Under the pieces are notes generated by a model. That model saw only the letters and a program-made list of their open reading frames with translations. It did not search any database and was not told the origin of the DNA. A stretch of 64,000 nt of DNA from Helicobacteraceae bacterium (GTDB lineage Bacteria; Campylobacterota; Campylobacteria; Campylobacterales; Sulfurimonadaceae). Every line of letters starts with the position of its first letter. The stretch's first letter is position 1. The translations under genes were made by a program, and so were the position numbers. The stretch is taken from the NCBI GenBank assembly GCA_027063225.1, contig JAMOSG010000022.1, positions 53,730 to 117,729 on the forward strand, in the 5' to 3' direction. This document shows positions 20,209 through 31,139 of the stretch, one piece after another.

Positions 20209-21131
20209 TAAAAAACCACCTCAGCATCATAGCGAAGCATTGTTTTTCCATCTTGCCAATCTTGCATATAATGCAACTTTTTACCTAAAAAATCATCAAC
20301 AACATATTGTGCAAAGTTTGCTCCACTTAACCAAGAAAGAGGATACCCTCCACCAAAACGGGGGTTTACCTCTATAAAATAGATATTTTTCTCTTTTGTG
20401 TAAAAAAGCTGCACAGTTATAGCACCATAAAAACCATCTATGCTTTGGAGTAGTTTTTTTACTTCGTTAATAATATGTTGATTTTTAGAGGTTCTTGCTT
20501 TGCTAACCTCTCCTGCTCTTATCTCTAAACGCCTACGTGGAACAATGCTAATACTCTCTTTATTTTGTGCTACAAAACAATCTACTGTAAACTCATCACC
20601 CTCAATAAACTCTTGAAAAATATAGTTTTTATTTGCTTGTTGTAGTTTTTTTGCTTCACTAAAATTGTTTACTTTCATAGCTCCAACAGATAATGAAGAG
20701 TTATCTAACTTCGCAAATAGTGGAAAGGAAGCTTCTTCTAAATTGTTTATTATTTTTGGTGTTTGAAATCCACGTGAACTAAAAAACTCCTCGGTAGAAG
20801 TTTTAAGATAAAATATTTCACACACCCTTACAGATGAAACCATAACCTTAGCACCTAACTTTTCAAAAAGCTCTTTATTTTTAGCTAAAAGTGTAAGTTC
20901 AGTGTCAATTGTTGGAACAATAATATCTATATTGTTCTTTTTTACAATCTCTAAAAGTGTTGGAATATACTCTTGAGTATTGATGTATGGAACTTCAAAA
21001 CACTCCTTAACAAAGTAAGCAGCAGGAGAGAGTTTTGGGTTTGCATCGCACCCATAAACCTCTGCTACTTCTAAAAAATTCTCTACAAGCCTTACACGTT
21101 TACCTACACTTGTTATTAACACTTTAACCAT
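20208..21131 (-). CDS. ATP-grasp ligase (carbamoyl-phosphate-synthase-like; resembles the Neisseria PglB2 C-terminal domain)
   Basis: [38 protein letters not shown]. Confidence 0.88.
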   Translation of the reverse strand: MVKVLITSVGKRVRLVENFLEVAEVYGCDANPKLSPAAYFVKECFEVPYINTQEYIPTLLEIVKKNNIDIIVPTIDTELTLLAKNKELFEKLGAKVMVSSVRVCEIFYLKTSTEEFFSSRGFQTPKIINNLEEASFPLFAKLDNSSLSVGAMKVNNFSEAKKLQQANKNYIFQEFIEGDEFTVDCFVAQNKESISIVPRRRLEIRAGEVSKARTSKNQHIINEVKKLLQSIDGFYGAITVQLFYTKEKNIYFIEVNPRFGGGYPLSWLSGANFAQYVVDDFLGKKLHYMQDWQDGKTMLRYDAEVVF

Positions 21132-21738
21132 TTTTGCTTCCTCTAAATTTTTCCATAGTTACATGCCCCTCTTGTGAGATTCCATCTTTTTTAAGTACTT
21201 TTAACACAGTTTGATATAAAATTTTCATATCAAACCAAAAGCTTAGGTTCTTAACATACTCTACATCGTACTTAAACTTTTCTTCCCAGCTAATAGCATT
21301 GCGACCATTTACTTGTGCTAAACCTGTAATGCCTGGTTTTACATTGTGACGTTTTTTTTGCTCTTGATTATAAAGTGGCAAATACTCCACAAGTAAAGGG
21401 CGTGGACCAATAAAGCTCATCTCCCCTTTTAAAACATTAAAAAGTTGTGGTAGTTCATCAAGGCTAAGGGAGCGAATCTTTTTTCCAACACCATAAAGCC
21501 TTTGTTCATCTGGTAAGAGTTCCCCATTTGCATCTACATCATTACTCATCGTTCTAAACTTATAAATAGTAAATATTTTTTCATCTTTACCAGGGCGATG
21601 TTGTGCAAAAACTATCGGTCTGCCAAGTTTTACGTAGATAAGCAATGCAACAACAATATATACAGGCAATAAAAGCACAATTAAAATAAATGCTAAAACT
21701 CTATCAAAAAGGGGTTTAAAAAAGTTTTTATAGATCAT
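21124..21738 (-). CDS. pglC: monotopic undecaprenyl-phosphate phosphoglycosyltransferase PglC
   Basis: [37 protein letters not shown]. Confidence 0.92.
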   Translation of the reverse strand: MIYKNFFKPLFDRVLAFILIVLLLPVYIVVALLIYVKLGRPIVFAQHRPGKDEKIFTIYKFRTMSNDVDANGELLPDEQRLYGVGKKIRSLSLDELPQLFNVLKGEMSFIGPRPLLVEYLPLYNQEQKKRHNVKPGITGLAQVNGRNAISWEEKFKYDVEYVKNLSFWFDMKILYQTVLKVLKKDGISQEGHVTMEKFRGSKNG

Positions 21739-22822
21739 TATACACCTTCATATACTGTTTTACAACCTCCTCTATGCTAAACTCTTGCTCAATTTTTACT
21801 CTTGCATTTTTCCCTAATGTTTCACATAAAGTTTTATTTTGAATAAGCAAAGAGGTTTTTTGTGTTAAAAGTGTTGTATCTTTTATGGGTACTAAAAAAC
21901 CATTGTAACCATCTTCTACAACCTCACGACACCCTGGTGCATTGGTTGTTATAAGTGGTTTTTGCATCGCTGCAGCTTCAAGAAGGGTTCTTGGAACCCC
22001 CTCTCTATAACTTGGAAGCACAAAGATATCACACAGTGCAATAAACTTTTTCACATCACTTTGAAACCCTAAATAGATTATATTTCCCCACGAAGGATTA
22101 AAAGAGTTTTTATTGCCACTATCTTGCTCCCCAATGTAGAGAAAAACAGCTTCATTTTTGAGTTTATTTGCCATAGCAATATACTCTTGCACCCCTTTAT
22201 CTTTTAACACCCTTGCAACCATTAACACAACCACTTTATTTTCTAAATTGTACTTTTTTAGAAGTGCTCTATCTTTTGGTTGTGGGGCAAATTTTTTTAC
22301 ATCTACTCCACTACTGCGAATAAGCACAGCTTGGTTTTGTTTTACAATGTTGCGTTGAAGAAAAAGTGCTAAATCATCACTATTTTGAAACACCACTTTA
22401 TTAGTTGTTTTTGCGCTTATTTTATAAAGTGTTTCAATTACAAAACGAATGAGCTTTGATTTTGTATCGTTATGAATAAAAAAGCTCCCTAGTCCCGTTA
22501 CAGTGTTGATTCTTTTTTTATATCCCAAAAGGTTTGCGTAAATATTTGGTTTGTGCATAAATGTATGTAAAATATCTGGCTGAATCTCTTTTAGAACCTT
22601 TTGAATCTCAAAAAGTGTTTGCACCTCTTTTAAAGGGTTAAGACTTGCTCTATCTATATCATAAGCAACTGCTTTTATGCCAAACTCACTAAACTTGTAA
22701 AAAACCTCTCCACGTGGAACAATTGCATACACTTCATAATTGTTTTTGACAAGCTCTTGCATAATTGGTAAACGAAAAAGGTAAAGGTTTAAATCTAAAT
22801 GACTAAGAAAGGCTATTTTCAT
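21728..22822 (-). CDS. pglA: GT4 glycosyltransferase PglA
   Basis: [16 protein letters not shown] start, [14 protein letters not shown]; start reset to 22822. Confidence 0.85.
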   Translation of the reverse strand: MKIAFLSHLDLNLYLFRLPIMQELVKNNYEVYAIVPRGEVFYKFSEFGIKAVAYDIDRASLNPLKEVQTLFEIQKVLKEIQPDILHTFMHKPNIYANLLGYKKRINTVTGLGSFFIHNDTKSKLIRFVIETLYKISAKTTNKVVFQNSDDLALFLQRNIVKQNQAVLIRSSGVDVKKFAPQPKDRALLKKYNLENKVVVLMVARVLKDKGVQEYIAMANKLKNEAVFLYIGEQDSGNKNSFNPSWGNIIYLGFQSDVKKFIALCDIFVLPSYREGVPRTLLEAAAMQKPLITTNAPGCREVVEDGYNGFLVPIKDTTLLTQKTSLLIQNKTLCETLGKNARVKIEQEFSIEEVVKQYMKVYNDL

Positions 22823-24554
22823 ACCAAATCTCCAAACTAAAAAGCAAATAGAGTATTTTTGCTCGTTGCTCTTGTGAAATTGTTGTTTTATTTTCCATAA
22901 TATCTTGCACAAAACGCTCATCTATGAAATTTTTATAAAACCCTTTTGCTAAATAATCAAAAATCATCTCTTTTAAATCTTGCTCAACCCACTTTGTTAA
23001 TGGTACTTCAAACCCCCTTTTTGGAGCATTGATAAGCTCTTGTGGCAAATAGCTTTTTGCAAGATGGCGTAAAATATATTTTGTACGCAAACCTTTTATT
23101 TTATATGGTATGCGTGGAGCTAACTCTAAAAAATATTTACTTAAAAATGGGCTTCTTCCCTCAAGTGAGTTTTGCATTGTAGCGATATCTATTTTCATTA
23201 AAAGCCCACCAAGATTTTTTTCAAAGTCCACGTAAAGCAATTTTTCAAAAGAGTTTAGAGGGATACTCTCTATAAAGTTATTTAACTGTGTAATCTTTTT
23301 TGAGGAGAAACTATATCTATCAACAAACAAGTTATTTAAAAGTGTATTGTACCACTCTATGCCATCTTTATTACTTAGTCGAATAAGCCTCTCTAAAAAC
23401 ATCAGTTTTGAGCGATTTTTTGGTTTTAGGTATGGAAGTAAAAAACTAAAATATTTCGCGATACTATCAAAACGATTTGCAAGAGGGACATAGCGTCTAT
23501 ACCCACCAAAAAGCTCATCTGCTCCATCTCCATTTAAAACCACTTTTACATATTTTCTTGCCTCTTTGCTTACAAAATAACTTGCAACTGCACTACTATC
23601 AAAAAAAGGTCTTCCATAACTTTGTAAAATATGCTCAATATTCTCTTTTACATCAAACTCAATATCTATAATATGGTGTTTTGTGTTGTACTTTTTAGCT
23701 ACAAGTGAAGCTAAAGCAGATTCATCTATGCCATCTCTAAAGCGTACTGTAAAAGTTTGAAGCTCTTTATATTTACTTGCTTTTGCAACTATTAAGGAGC
23801 TATCTATCCCACCACTTAAAAATGCACCCACCTCAACATCACTAGAGAGTAAACGTGATTTTACAGATTGCTCTAGGGCTTCATCTACTAAAGAAAGAGA
23901 TTGCTCAAAAGAGGTTATTTTTGACTCTTTGTAATACTCTAAAATATCAAAATATCTTTGTGTATGCAGCTTCTTTTGAAAATAGCCATAATGCCCCGCT
24001 GGAAATTCGCTAATTTCATTAAAACCACTCTCACAAAACCCTGTTGATAAAAAAAGATTTATATCATCACCATTAATGCTAAGTGGTAAAAATTTGAGTG
24101 TATTTATCTCACTTGCAAAGGCAAAATTTTGCCCTTTTTGGTAAATATAAAGAGGTTTTTTTCCCGCTCTATCTCTTGCTAAGAAGAGTTGTTTTGTTTT
24201 TTTATTGTAAATTGCAAATGCAAACATACCATCAAGTTTACTAAAAAGTTTTTCTTTGTACTTAATGTAGAGATACAACAGTGTTTCAGTATCTGATTTT
24301 GTATGAAAAACAAATTCACGTAGAGTTTTACGTAACTCTAAATGGTTGTATATCTCTCCATTAAAAACAATAACATACTCCCCATACTCAAAGGGTTGTT
24401 CTCCATGGGCAATATCTACAATAGCTAAACGTGTATGGATAAGATAAAAATTATTATCACTCCAAGCACTTTGTGCATCTGGCCCTCTGTGAAAGAGGGA
24501 TTTTTGCACTTTTTTTGTATCGATGTTAAAATTAAATCCAGCTATGCCACACAT
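22803..24554 (-). CDS. asnB: asparagine-synthase-like glutamine amidotransferase (probable uronic acid amidation)
   Basis: N-terminal CGI, HRGPD, LSGGIDSS, GDGADELFGGY; lies between pglB and pglA. Confidence 0.9.
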   Translation of the reverse strand: MCGIAGFNFNIDTKKVQKSLFHRGPDAQSAWSDNNFYLIHTRLAIVDIAHGEQPFEYGEYVIVFNGEIYNHLELRKTLREFVFHTKSDTETLLYLYIKYKEKLFSKLDGMFAFAIYNKKTKQLFLARDRAGKKPLYIYQKGQNFAFASEINTLKFLPLSINGDDINLFLSTGFCESGFNEISEFPAGHYGYFQKKLHTQRYFDILEYYKESKITSFEQSLSLVDEALEQSVKSRLLSSDVEVGAFLSGGIDSSLIVAKASKYKELQTFTVRFRDGIDESALASLVAKKYNTKHHIIDIEFDVKENIEHILQSYGRPFFDSSAVASYFVSKEARKYVKVVLNGDGADELFGGYRRYVPLANRFDSIAKYFSFLLPYLKPKNRSKLMFLERLIRLSNKDGIEWYNTLLNNLFVDRYSFSSKKITQLNNFIESIPLNSFEKLLYVDFEKNLGGLLMKIDIATMQNSLEGRSPFLSKYFLELAPRIPYKIKGLRTKYILRHLAKSYLPQELINAPKRGFEVPLTKWVEQDLKEMIFDYLAKGFYKNFIDERFVQDIMENKTTISQEQRAKILYLLFSLEIWYENSLS

Positions 24555-26681
24555 CTATTTTTTTACTTTAAAAACTTTCACAAGTGGTGTTAAAATAACA
24601 GGTTCAAAAAGATCTCTATCATAATTTTCTAACACATAAAGTTGAATATATGTAGAGTTATAAAGCTCATCATTTAATACTAAAATTCTATTAAAGTTTG
24701 GCATATAAATTACATTTACATTAGAAGTTGGGTGAATCACTTTTTCTTGTCTATGTAAAATTCCATTTTTATCATACATAACTGTTGTAAATTTATGTAT
24801 TGGAGCTCTGTTTTTTCCAATTTGAACAATCATATTTTGTTTTAAAATACGAATGCCATTGCCAAGCTCTATTGTTTGAGGAGTTTCACTAAAACGTTTT
24901 GCTTGATAGAAAAATGGCCTATGAGCAATTTTACCCGTTTGTAAATCAACATTACTAAAAAGTGCCACTGTTGGAAGAATATCTAACATTCTATTTGGTA
25001 AAAAAAGATAGATATCTTCTTTCACTTTTGGAAGTTTTATCTTATTTGATGCTATTAAATTTAGTAACTCTGAAGAATTATTTAAATTATAATTTTGCAT
25101 CATATTTTTTAAATAATCTGTATTTAGTTTATTTTTGTAATTATATTCTGTTTGATATACATCTAAAATTGCCATATTATAAGCTGCTTGTTGTGCTCTT
25201 GTTAATATATAACTCACAGGATAATTTACATCTCCATTATGTTTTCCACCATCTATAAGTGTTTTTACATCTGCATAATAGCGAATAGGATAACCATAAT
25301 CCCACCATGTTACTACATAATCTTCTCTTGAAGCTATCGTTTTTAGTTTCTCTAAAACTTTTACTTCTTTATTTGTAAATACAGTTGGAACTATATATGA
25401 TTTTATATGTTGATAATTTGGATAAATAAACACTGACATAATAGCTAAGGAAATTCCATATATAACAGCTTGTTTTTTATGTAATAACGAAGCTACAAAA
25501 TATGCTGCATAAGCATTTCCAAGTGCCAATGTTGGTACAGCAAATACTGTAAAACGAAGTCCACCCTGAATAGCAAAAAAACCAAGTACCATCAATGGTA
25601 ATGAAATCATAAGTAAAGGAAATCTCACTAAAAAAACTATATACCCAACAACACCAACAATAAATGCAGGCCAACTTCCACTCATTCTATGAACAATTGT
25701 GTCATAACTTATATGTCCTGCTTCACGGACAGTATTTACTACACTAAAGTAGTGTAATGTATCGGCTGTTGTTTGAATATCTCTTGAAAAATAAGCATTA
25801 TTCAGAACATTTGCAATATATCCAAAACCAATTACAATTAAATAAAGAGCTATAAATCCAAAAAGACTAAAAAGATACAATCTTTTATTTGTTGATTCTA
25901 TAGCATACTCTTTAAAAAAACGCACATAAGCGATAGAAGTACCAATAAACAGAAAAATTTTCAAAATTGCAGCAATTGGTAACAATGGAATAAAGAGGAG
26001 TAAAAGGAAAAAGATATAATCATAATTCCCCTTTTTATAAATATATGTGTAAATAATACTCATAATTAATACACCATGAGCAATATTTATTAATCCTCCA
26101 TGCCATGAAACCATTAAAAGTTCTAAAACTGGTGTAATAATAAAAAATTTTATATTATTTGAGCTAAAAGCAAATAATACAGACCAAATAAAAAATGTTG
26201 GTAATGTTACTGTTAACATATCAGTATCTAAATATCCAAACATTGTTCTATGGTATAAACTCCACACAATTCCAGCCATTAAAGCAGCTAAAAAACCAAC
26301 AAAGGTAGAACCAGCTAAACGACCAATAAGAACTAAAGGAATTACAATTAAACTACTTACAAATCCAGGTAAATAAAAAATCAATATATCAAAATCTATA
26401 AAAGAAAAAAGTTTTGATGTAAATGCAATAAATCGAGCGATTAAACTATCTATAGGAGAAAGATCATTTATCTGATGTGTACCATGTAAAATATCACGTG
26501 CTCCCTCTATCCAATAATAACCATCGTTTGTATTGAGCATTAAATGACCGTTATACAAGAACTGTGTTACAGAGCCTATCTCCTCTACATAAATATAACG
26601 TAAACCAATATTAAAAATATAAGCAATTACTATAAATAAAAAAGTTACTTTTAATGTTGTTGTTTCTTTAACTTTATCCAT
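24555..26681 (-). CDS. pglB: STT3-family oligosaccharyltransferase PglB
   Basis: TNDGY, YLDTD, TVRE, RFT, WWDYGY, DGGKH; many TM segments. Confidence 0.97.
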   Translation of the reverse strand: MDKVKETTTLKVTFLFIVIAYIFNIGLRYIYVEEIGSVTQFLYNGHLMLNTNDGYYWIEGARDILHGTHQINDLSPIDSLIARFIAFTSKLFSFIDFDILIFYLPGFVSSLIVIPLVLIGRLAGSTFVGFLAALMAGIVWSLYHRTMFGYLDTDMLTVTLPTFFIWSVLFAFSSNNIKFFIITPVLELLMVSWHGGLINIAHGVLIMSIIYTYIYKKGNYDYIFFLLLLFIPLLPIAAILKIFLFIGTSIAYVRFFKEYAIESTNKRLYLFSLFGFIALYLIVIGFGYIANVLNNAYFSRDIQTTADTLHYFSVVNTVREAGHISYDTIVHRMSGSWPAFIVGVVGYIVFLVRFPLLMISLPLMVLGFFAIQGGLRFTVFAVPTLALGNAYAAYFVASLLHKKQAVIYGISLAIMSVFIYPNYQHIKSYIVPTVFTNKEVKVLEKLKTIASREDYVVTWWDYGYPIRYYADVKTLIDGGKHNGDVNYPVSYILTRAQQAAYNMAILDVYQTEYNYKNKLNTDYLKNMMQNYNLNNSSELLNLIASNKIKLPKVKEDIYLFLPNRMLDILPTVALFSNVDLQTGKIAHRPFFYQAKRFSETPQTIELGNGIRILKQNMIVQIGKNRAPIHKFTTVMYDKNGILHRQEKVIHPTSNVNVIYMPNFNRILVLNDELYNSTYIQLYVLENYDRDLFEPVILTPLVKVFKVKK

Positions 26682-26700
26682 ATTATTTTTTTCATCCTCT

Positions 26701-27810
26701 CTATAAACTAAACAGATCTTCTTGCTTTTTTATTGGTAAATATTCAATCTTTTGTACTTTTGTTAAAAAATCTTTTATTGAATCTTTACTATCTATAAAT
26801 ACAAAATACCCCGTATATTGCTCTAAAATTTTAAATGAAGTTGAATTTTTAACTCCATATAAAACAATAGGCCTTTTTGCTCCCATATAATCTACCAGTT
26901 TTGATGGAAAAAAAGGTGAATTTTCTAAAGGAGCTTCTACTACTAATAGATAATCACTCTCTTTCATCTTATCTAAAGAATCCCTATAGCTAATTGTATC
27001 AAAGATTTTCACCTTTGCTTCTAAATTCCATCTCTTTACAAGTTCTAACTCCTCTTTTTTTATTTTTCCATAAAATCTAAACTCAATATCGTTACGTTTA
27101 CACTCCTTTAAAACTTCCAAAATTTTTTTAATACTTCTTAAACCATAAATATTTCCCGTATGTGTGATAACTATTTTTTTACTCTTATTTGTTATATTTT
27201 TATAAAGAGCTTCCTCATATAAATGGGGATAAATAACTATATTTAGATGCTTATATTTTTGCAAATAAAGCTCTTTTGTTTTTTGTGATGTGACACTCAT
27301 ATTATCTACTAAATGTAAAATTTTTTTCTCTAAGTGACTATCTATCAATCGAAATACAATCCCCCTTTTATCATAAGGATTCATACTCCAAGGATCAGAA
27401 AAGTGACTTATCCACTCTATGTTTAACTCTTTTTTTAATTTATATCCAACTATATGATCACTAAAAGGTACAGAACGGGTAATAATCTTATTTATATTCT
27501 GCTCTTGAATAATCTTTTTAGCAGTTTTAAAAGCTATATCTCTCCACCATAGTTTTCTATCAACAATACCTAAAAGCTTATAAAAAATATGGCGATATTT
27601 CTCTAAAAAAAGTTTTTTTGTTCTTATAATATCTATTTTTTTATGAAGCAGTTGTGTATCTATTGTTTCAAAATCTGGATTTATGTGGGTTGTAAGTACA
27701 ACTACGTTATGTCCCTCTTTTAGTAACTTTAAAACAAACCTTTGTGATTGTATAGATTCTGGTGATAAAATAGGTGGAAAATCGTAAGCAATTACTAAAA
27801 TATTAGCCAT
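26701..27810 (-). CDS. GT-B (GT4-like) glycosyltransferase
   Basis: ILVIAYDFPP, HFSDPW, HTGNIY, PSKLVDY; start at 27810 after GAGG. Confidence 0.82.
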   Translation of the reverse strand: MANILVIAYDFPPILSPESIQSQRFVLKLLKEGHNVVVLTTHINPDFETIDTQLLHKKIDIIRTKKLFLEKYRHIFYKLLGIVDRKLWWRDIAFKTAKKIIQEQNINKIITRSVPFSDHIVGYKLKKELNIEWISHFSDPWSMNPYDKRGIVFRLIDSHLEKKILHLVDNMSVTSQKTKELYLQKYKHLNIVIYPHLYEEALYKNITNKSKKIVITHTGNIYGLRSIKKILEVLKECKRNDIEFRFYGKIKKEELELVKRWNLEAKVKIFDTISYRDSLDKMKESDYLLVVEAPLENSPFFPSKLVDYMGAKRPIVLYGVKNSTSFKILEQYTGYFVFIDSKDSIKDFLTKVQKIEYLPIKKQEDLFSL

Positions 27811-28888
27811 CACAAACCTCATGATATAGTGATGCTTCTTTTTTTTCTAAAAGAGTTCCCTCGATGGCATAAAATCTTTCTAAAGCTTTTGTATTAACTC
27901 CATGATAATTATAGTGGCGAAGTTGTTGAATAAGTTCCTCTTTACTTTTAATATAAATTGGTACATCTTGTGCAAACTCTCTAAATGGGGTAATATCGCT
28001 ACACATAACATCTAAACCACAAGCCATAGCTTCTAAAAGTGGAATTCCAAACCCTTCATAATCTGTTAATTGAATATTAAGATTTGCTTTATTATAGTAA
28101 TGAATCAGGTCACCATTTTTTACAGCATGAATAAAGGTAACATCTAAATTATTTTTTTGTGCGTATTCTTGTAAACTTTGAGCCTCAGCTCCATCTCCTA
28201 TTAATAAAATTTTCATATCAAACTCTTTTAGCACTTGCAATAAAATATCTTGTCTTTTTGGTTTTTCTAACCTACCAACCATAATAATATCATACTCTTT
28301 TTGTAGGTTTTGTGGATAGAAATCCTCCTTATAAACTTTATTGAATAGAACTTTTGTTTTTGATAAATATCTCTTAGGAATAGAACTAAAACATGCTGCA
28401 CTCACACCTATAATTTGTGTTGTATGTTTATAAACATAGTACTCTTTTGGATACAAAAGCCAATATTTTATAGCTCTTAAAATATCTTTTTTGTAGTATA
28501 TATAGCTTCTTATCTCTTGAAATACATTATGAATCGATACAATACTAGGAATTTTTTTATCTTGAGCAATTTTAACAGCAAAATATCCAGTAAGTGTTGG
28601 ATTATATGCTCGAACAACATCTGCTTGAACATTACGTAGAGCTTCTAAAACTTCATTTAATTTTTTTTTGCTAAAAATATCTTTATAAGTTAATGGTTTA
28701 AAAGTAAAAAGTGTTACTTTAGCATTTCCAACAATGAATTGAACATCTTTACTATCTGCTTCCTCATCAGTAAAAGTTACAAATATAATCTCATCAAAAA
28801 TATTATTTGGATTAAAATATCTCTTTTTTAACTCCCCTTTTTTTACATAAGCAATTAAAGGATCATTTGGTAAAATTATTGCTTTCAC
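27803..28888 (-). CDS. GT4 glycosyltransferase
   Basis: VGRLEKPKRQ, EGFGIPLLEAMACG. Confidence 0.9.
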   Translation of the reverse strand: MKAIILPNDPLIAYVKKGELKKRYFNPNNIFDEIIFVTFTDEEADSKDVQFIVGNAKVTLFTFKPLTYKDIFSKKKLNEVLEALRNVQADVVRAYNPTLTGYFAVKIAQDKKIPSIVSIHNVFQEIRSYIYYKKDILRAIKYWLLYPKEYYVYKHTTQIIGVSAACFSSIPKRYLSKTKVLFNKVYKEDFYPQNLQKEYDIIMVGRLEKPKRQDILLQVLKEFDMKILLIGDGAEAQSLQEYAQKNNLDVTFIHAVKNGDLIHYYNKANLNIQLTDYEGFGIPLLEAMACGLDVMCSDITPFREFAQDVPIYIKSKEELIQQLRHYNYHGVNTKALERFYAIEGTLLEKKEASLYHEVCDG

Positions 28889-29972
28889 TTATCTCCTTTA
28901 GTAGTTGTAGCTCTTGTTGAACAACTTTATTTTTAGCTGCTATTTTTTTCATATCAATCGATGCGTCATGTGACATTTGCGCTATTTTATCTTTTATACT
29001 ATCAATAATTACATCTATATTATGCCATTTATTATTTTGAATCCTTAGAGTTCCTCTTGTTGCATACTCTTTATTACCTGGTATATCTGAAGTAATTACA
29101 GGCATTCCAGAAATATTCATCTCACATACCATAACACCTTGAGTATCCCTTTTTGAAGGCATAATAGCTAAATCATACTCTTTTAATATATTTTTTAGTT
29201 CATCTTTAGAAAAAAGTTTCTCTATAAAAACAACATTAGCGTTATATTTTTTTGCTAACTGCTTGTGATACTCTAAAAGCTCCCCTTTACCATATAAATC
29301 TATAGAGTAGCGAGAATTACTAAAAGATTGAATAAGTAAATCTAAACCATAAGTAGCTCCACTATGTGGACGAATACATATAATTTTTTTCAGTATTGTT
29401 CGTTGTTGAAACTGAAATAATTCATCATCAACAGGATTTGAAATAAGCACACTTTTCTTTAGTTTTACATGTAAAAACTTCTCGGCTTCTTGCTTCATCC
29501 AATTTGAAACAACAACAATTGTTGGATTGAAATGTTTTATAAATCTATGCCATGTTATAAATTTTCTTATATCCTCTTTCAAACGTAATAAAAATCGTAA
29601 TGGATGAAGTAGCTTATTTCCAGCATAAGGGTAACTAAAAGCACCACTTACACTATCAAGCCCATGCATCCAACATACTACTTTTTTATCTTTAAAATTT
29701 TCTAATACCAAATTTTTTTCATCAGGATTTGGAGCATGCATAGCAATAATATCAAATCCATTGTTTTTCATATTTGTAATCAAAAATTCTTTATCTCCTT
29801 CATATACTTGAATATTTTCATATATATAATTTATATTTCCCTTTTTTCTTAATTTATATACATTACATATATGCCCTTCTTTTAAATATTCTATTACTCT
29901 TGAATGCACATACATAGCATTATATGGATTATTTTGTGATGGATAAAGCTCACTCATAATAGCTATGTTCAT
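28863..29972 (-). CDS. GT4 glycosyltransferase
   Basis: WMHG, PSKRDTQGVMVCE..SGMPVITSD. Confidence 0.85.
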   Translation of the reverse strand: MNIAIMSELYPSQNNPYNAMYVHSRVIEYLKEGHICNVYKLRKKGNINYIYENIQVYEGDKEFLITNMKNNGFDIIAMHAPNPDEKNLVLENFKDKKVVCWMHGLDSVSGAFSYPYAGNKLLHPLRFLLRLKEDIRKFITWHRFIKHFNPTIVVVSNWMKQEAEKFLHVKLKKSVLISNPVDDELFQFQQRTILKKIICIRPHSGATYGLDLLIQSFSNSRYSIDLYGKGELLEYHKQLAKKYNANVVFIEKLFSKDELKNILKEYDLAIMPSKRDTQGVMVCEMNISGMPVITSDIPGNKEYATRGTLRIQNNKWHNIDVIIDSIKDKIAQMSHDASIDMKKIAAKNKVVQQELQLLKEISESNNFTK

Positions 29973-30571
29973 TGAAATAACCTTTTTATATCAAACCTTA
30001 TTTTTGTGTAGATAATATATATAAAATAGTGCAACTTAATATACTTAAACATCGTTTTGGGATCTTTTTTTAAAATTTTTATTAAACTTTCAAAATCTAT
30101 TTGTGCTTTAAATGGTGTTTTATTTAAATATTGTAAATAAAAATTATTTGTAACTATCTCCTCTTTATGATGATAAAAAAAGTCTAAATACTCCCCTCTT
30201 CCTCTTAAAAAAAGGATATAGCGCAATGTTCGTATTGCAATATCGTATTGTTTTGGGTTATAAAAATATTGTTGTTGTATCTCTTTTTTTATAGAAATAT
30301 CATAAAAATATTCATTCAGATAATCTAAATTGAGTGCTATATCTATCATAATAGTTCTATGCTGAAGCTTTTTGATAAAATACAATTTACTCGGTTTTGC
30401 TTTATACTGAAATCCAAATTGAATTAAAAATTCAATAACTTCCTTTTTTTGACTTTGATCTTTTAACGCTAAATCAATATCTTTATTATCCTCGTATAGC
30501 CCTTCATCTCTTAAAAGTGCACAGCTATACTTTTGTTCTAAGGTTTTTACAATAGATTCTATACTATCCAT
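29969..30571 (-). CDS. hypothetical protein, possible Pol-beta/LicD-like nucleotidyltransferase fold
   Basis: LLR....DNKDIDL (DxD) plus a third Asp in MIDI; translationally coupled. Confidence 0.5.
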   Translation of the reverse strand: MDSIESIVKTLEQKYSCALLRDEGLYEDNKDIDLALKDQSQKKEVIEFLIQFGFQYKAKPSKLYFIKKLQHRTIMIDIALNLDYLNEYFYDISIKKEIQQQYFYNPKQYDIAIRTLRYILFLRGRGEYLDFFYHHKEEIVTNNFYLQYLNKTPFKAQIDFESLIKILKKDPKTMFKYIKLHYFIYIIYTKIRFDIKRLFQ

Positions 30572-31139
30572 TTCTTATAACCTCAATTGTTCTATTTTTA
30601 TTATCATTGTGTATTATTTTTCCATCTAAAAGTGTAACAATATATTTATATCTTTCTAGCTGCTTTTGAATCTCTTCTATGGAAAGTTCTGCTTTACGTT
30701 TATAAATCTCTTGAGGAGATGCAACAAGTAAAACAATTGTATGAAAATACCCTTGAAAAAACTTAACTATAAAATCCCTTTTTGGTAAATTCCACATCTC
30801 ATCATTTTGCACAAAAATATCTATAACACTCCTATCTATAATACTATTTTGATGAGATTTTTTTAATTTTTTTAATTTAATCCAACCATCATAAAGAAGC
30901 AAAAATAAACTTAAATATCTCATAACTTGAGATTTAAAACTTTTTTTCACCCTTTGTTGTGTAAAACTTGTTTGTGATTTTTGTGATTTTTTTTGTGATT
31001 TTTTTTGTCTATATTTTAAAAGGAACGTCGCAGGGTTACGACTTCCACCATAAATATATGTATAACCATAGCTTTGTGCAAACTCTGTTGCAATAGTTGT
31101 TTTACCAACTCCATCTGGACCTAAAACCACAATAATCAT
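30564..31139 (-). CDS. thymidylate-kinase-like P-loop kinase
   Basis: LGPDGVGKTT, IIDR, IYKRK.EL lid. Confidence 0.8.
   Translation of the reverse strand: MIIVVLGPDGVGKTTIATEFAQSYGYTYIYGGSRNPATFLLKYRQKKSQKKSQKSQTSFTQQRVKKSFKSQVMRYLSLFLLLYDGWIKLKKLKKSHQNSIIDRSVIDIFVQNDEMWNLPKRDFIVKFFQGYFHTIVLLVASPQEIYKRKAELSIEEIQKQLERYKYIVTLLDGKIIHNDNKNRTIEVIRNG

Noticed and set aside
22823-22921. N-terminal extension of pglA in the ORF track
   Set aside because: Lies inside asnB; the homolog-like start MKIAFLSH is at 22822.
28661-28669. T9 and similar A/T homopolymers as phase-variation tracts
   Set aside because: Common throughout this AT-rich sequence; frames are intact and no long poly-G/C tracts were seen.
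30564-31139. Second housekeeping tmk
   Set aside because: Lacks the EPG and LLF.ADR motifs of the true tmk at 2645; its context points to glycan modification.
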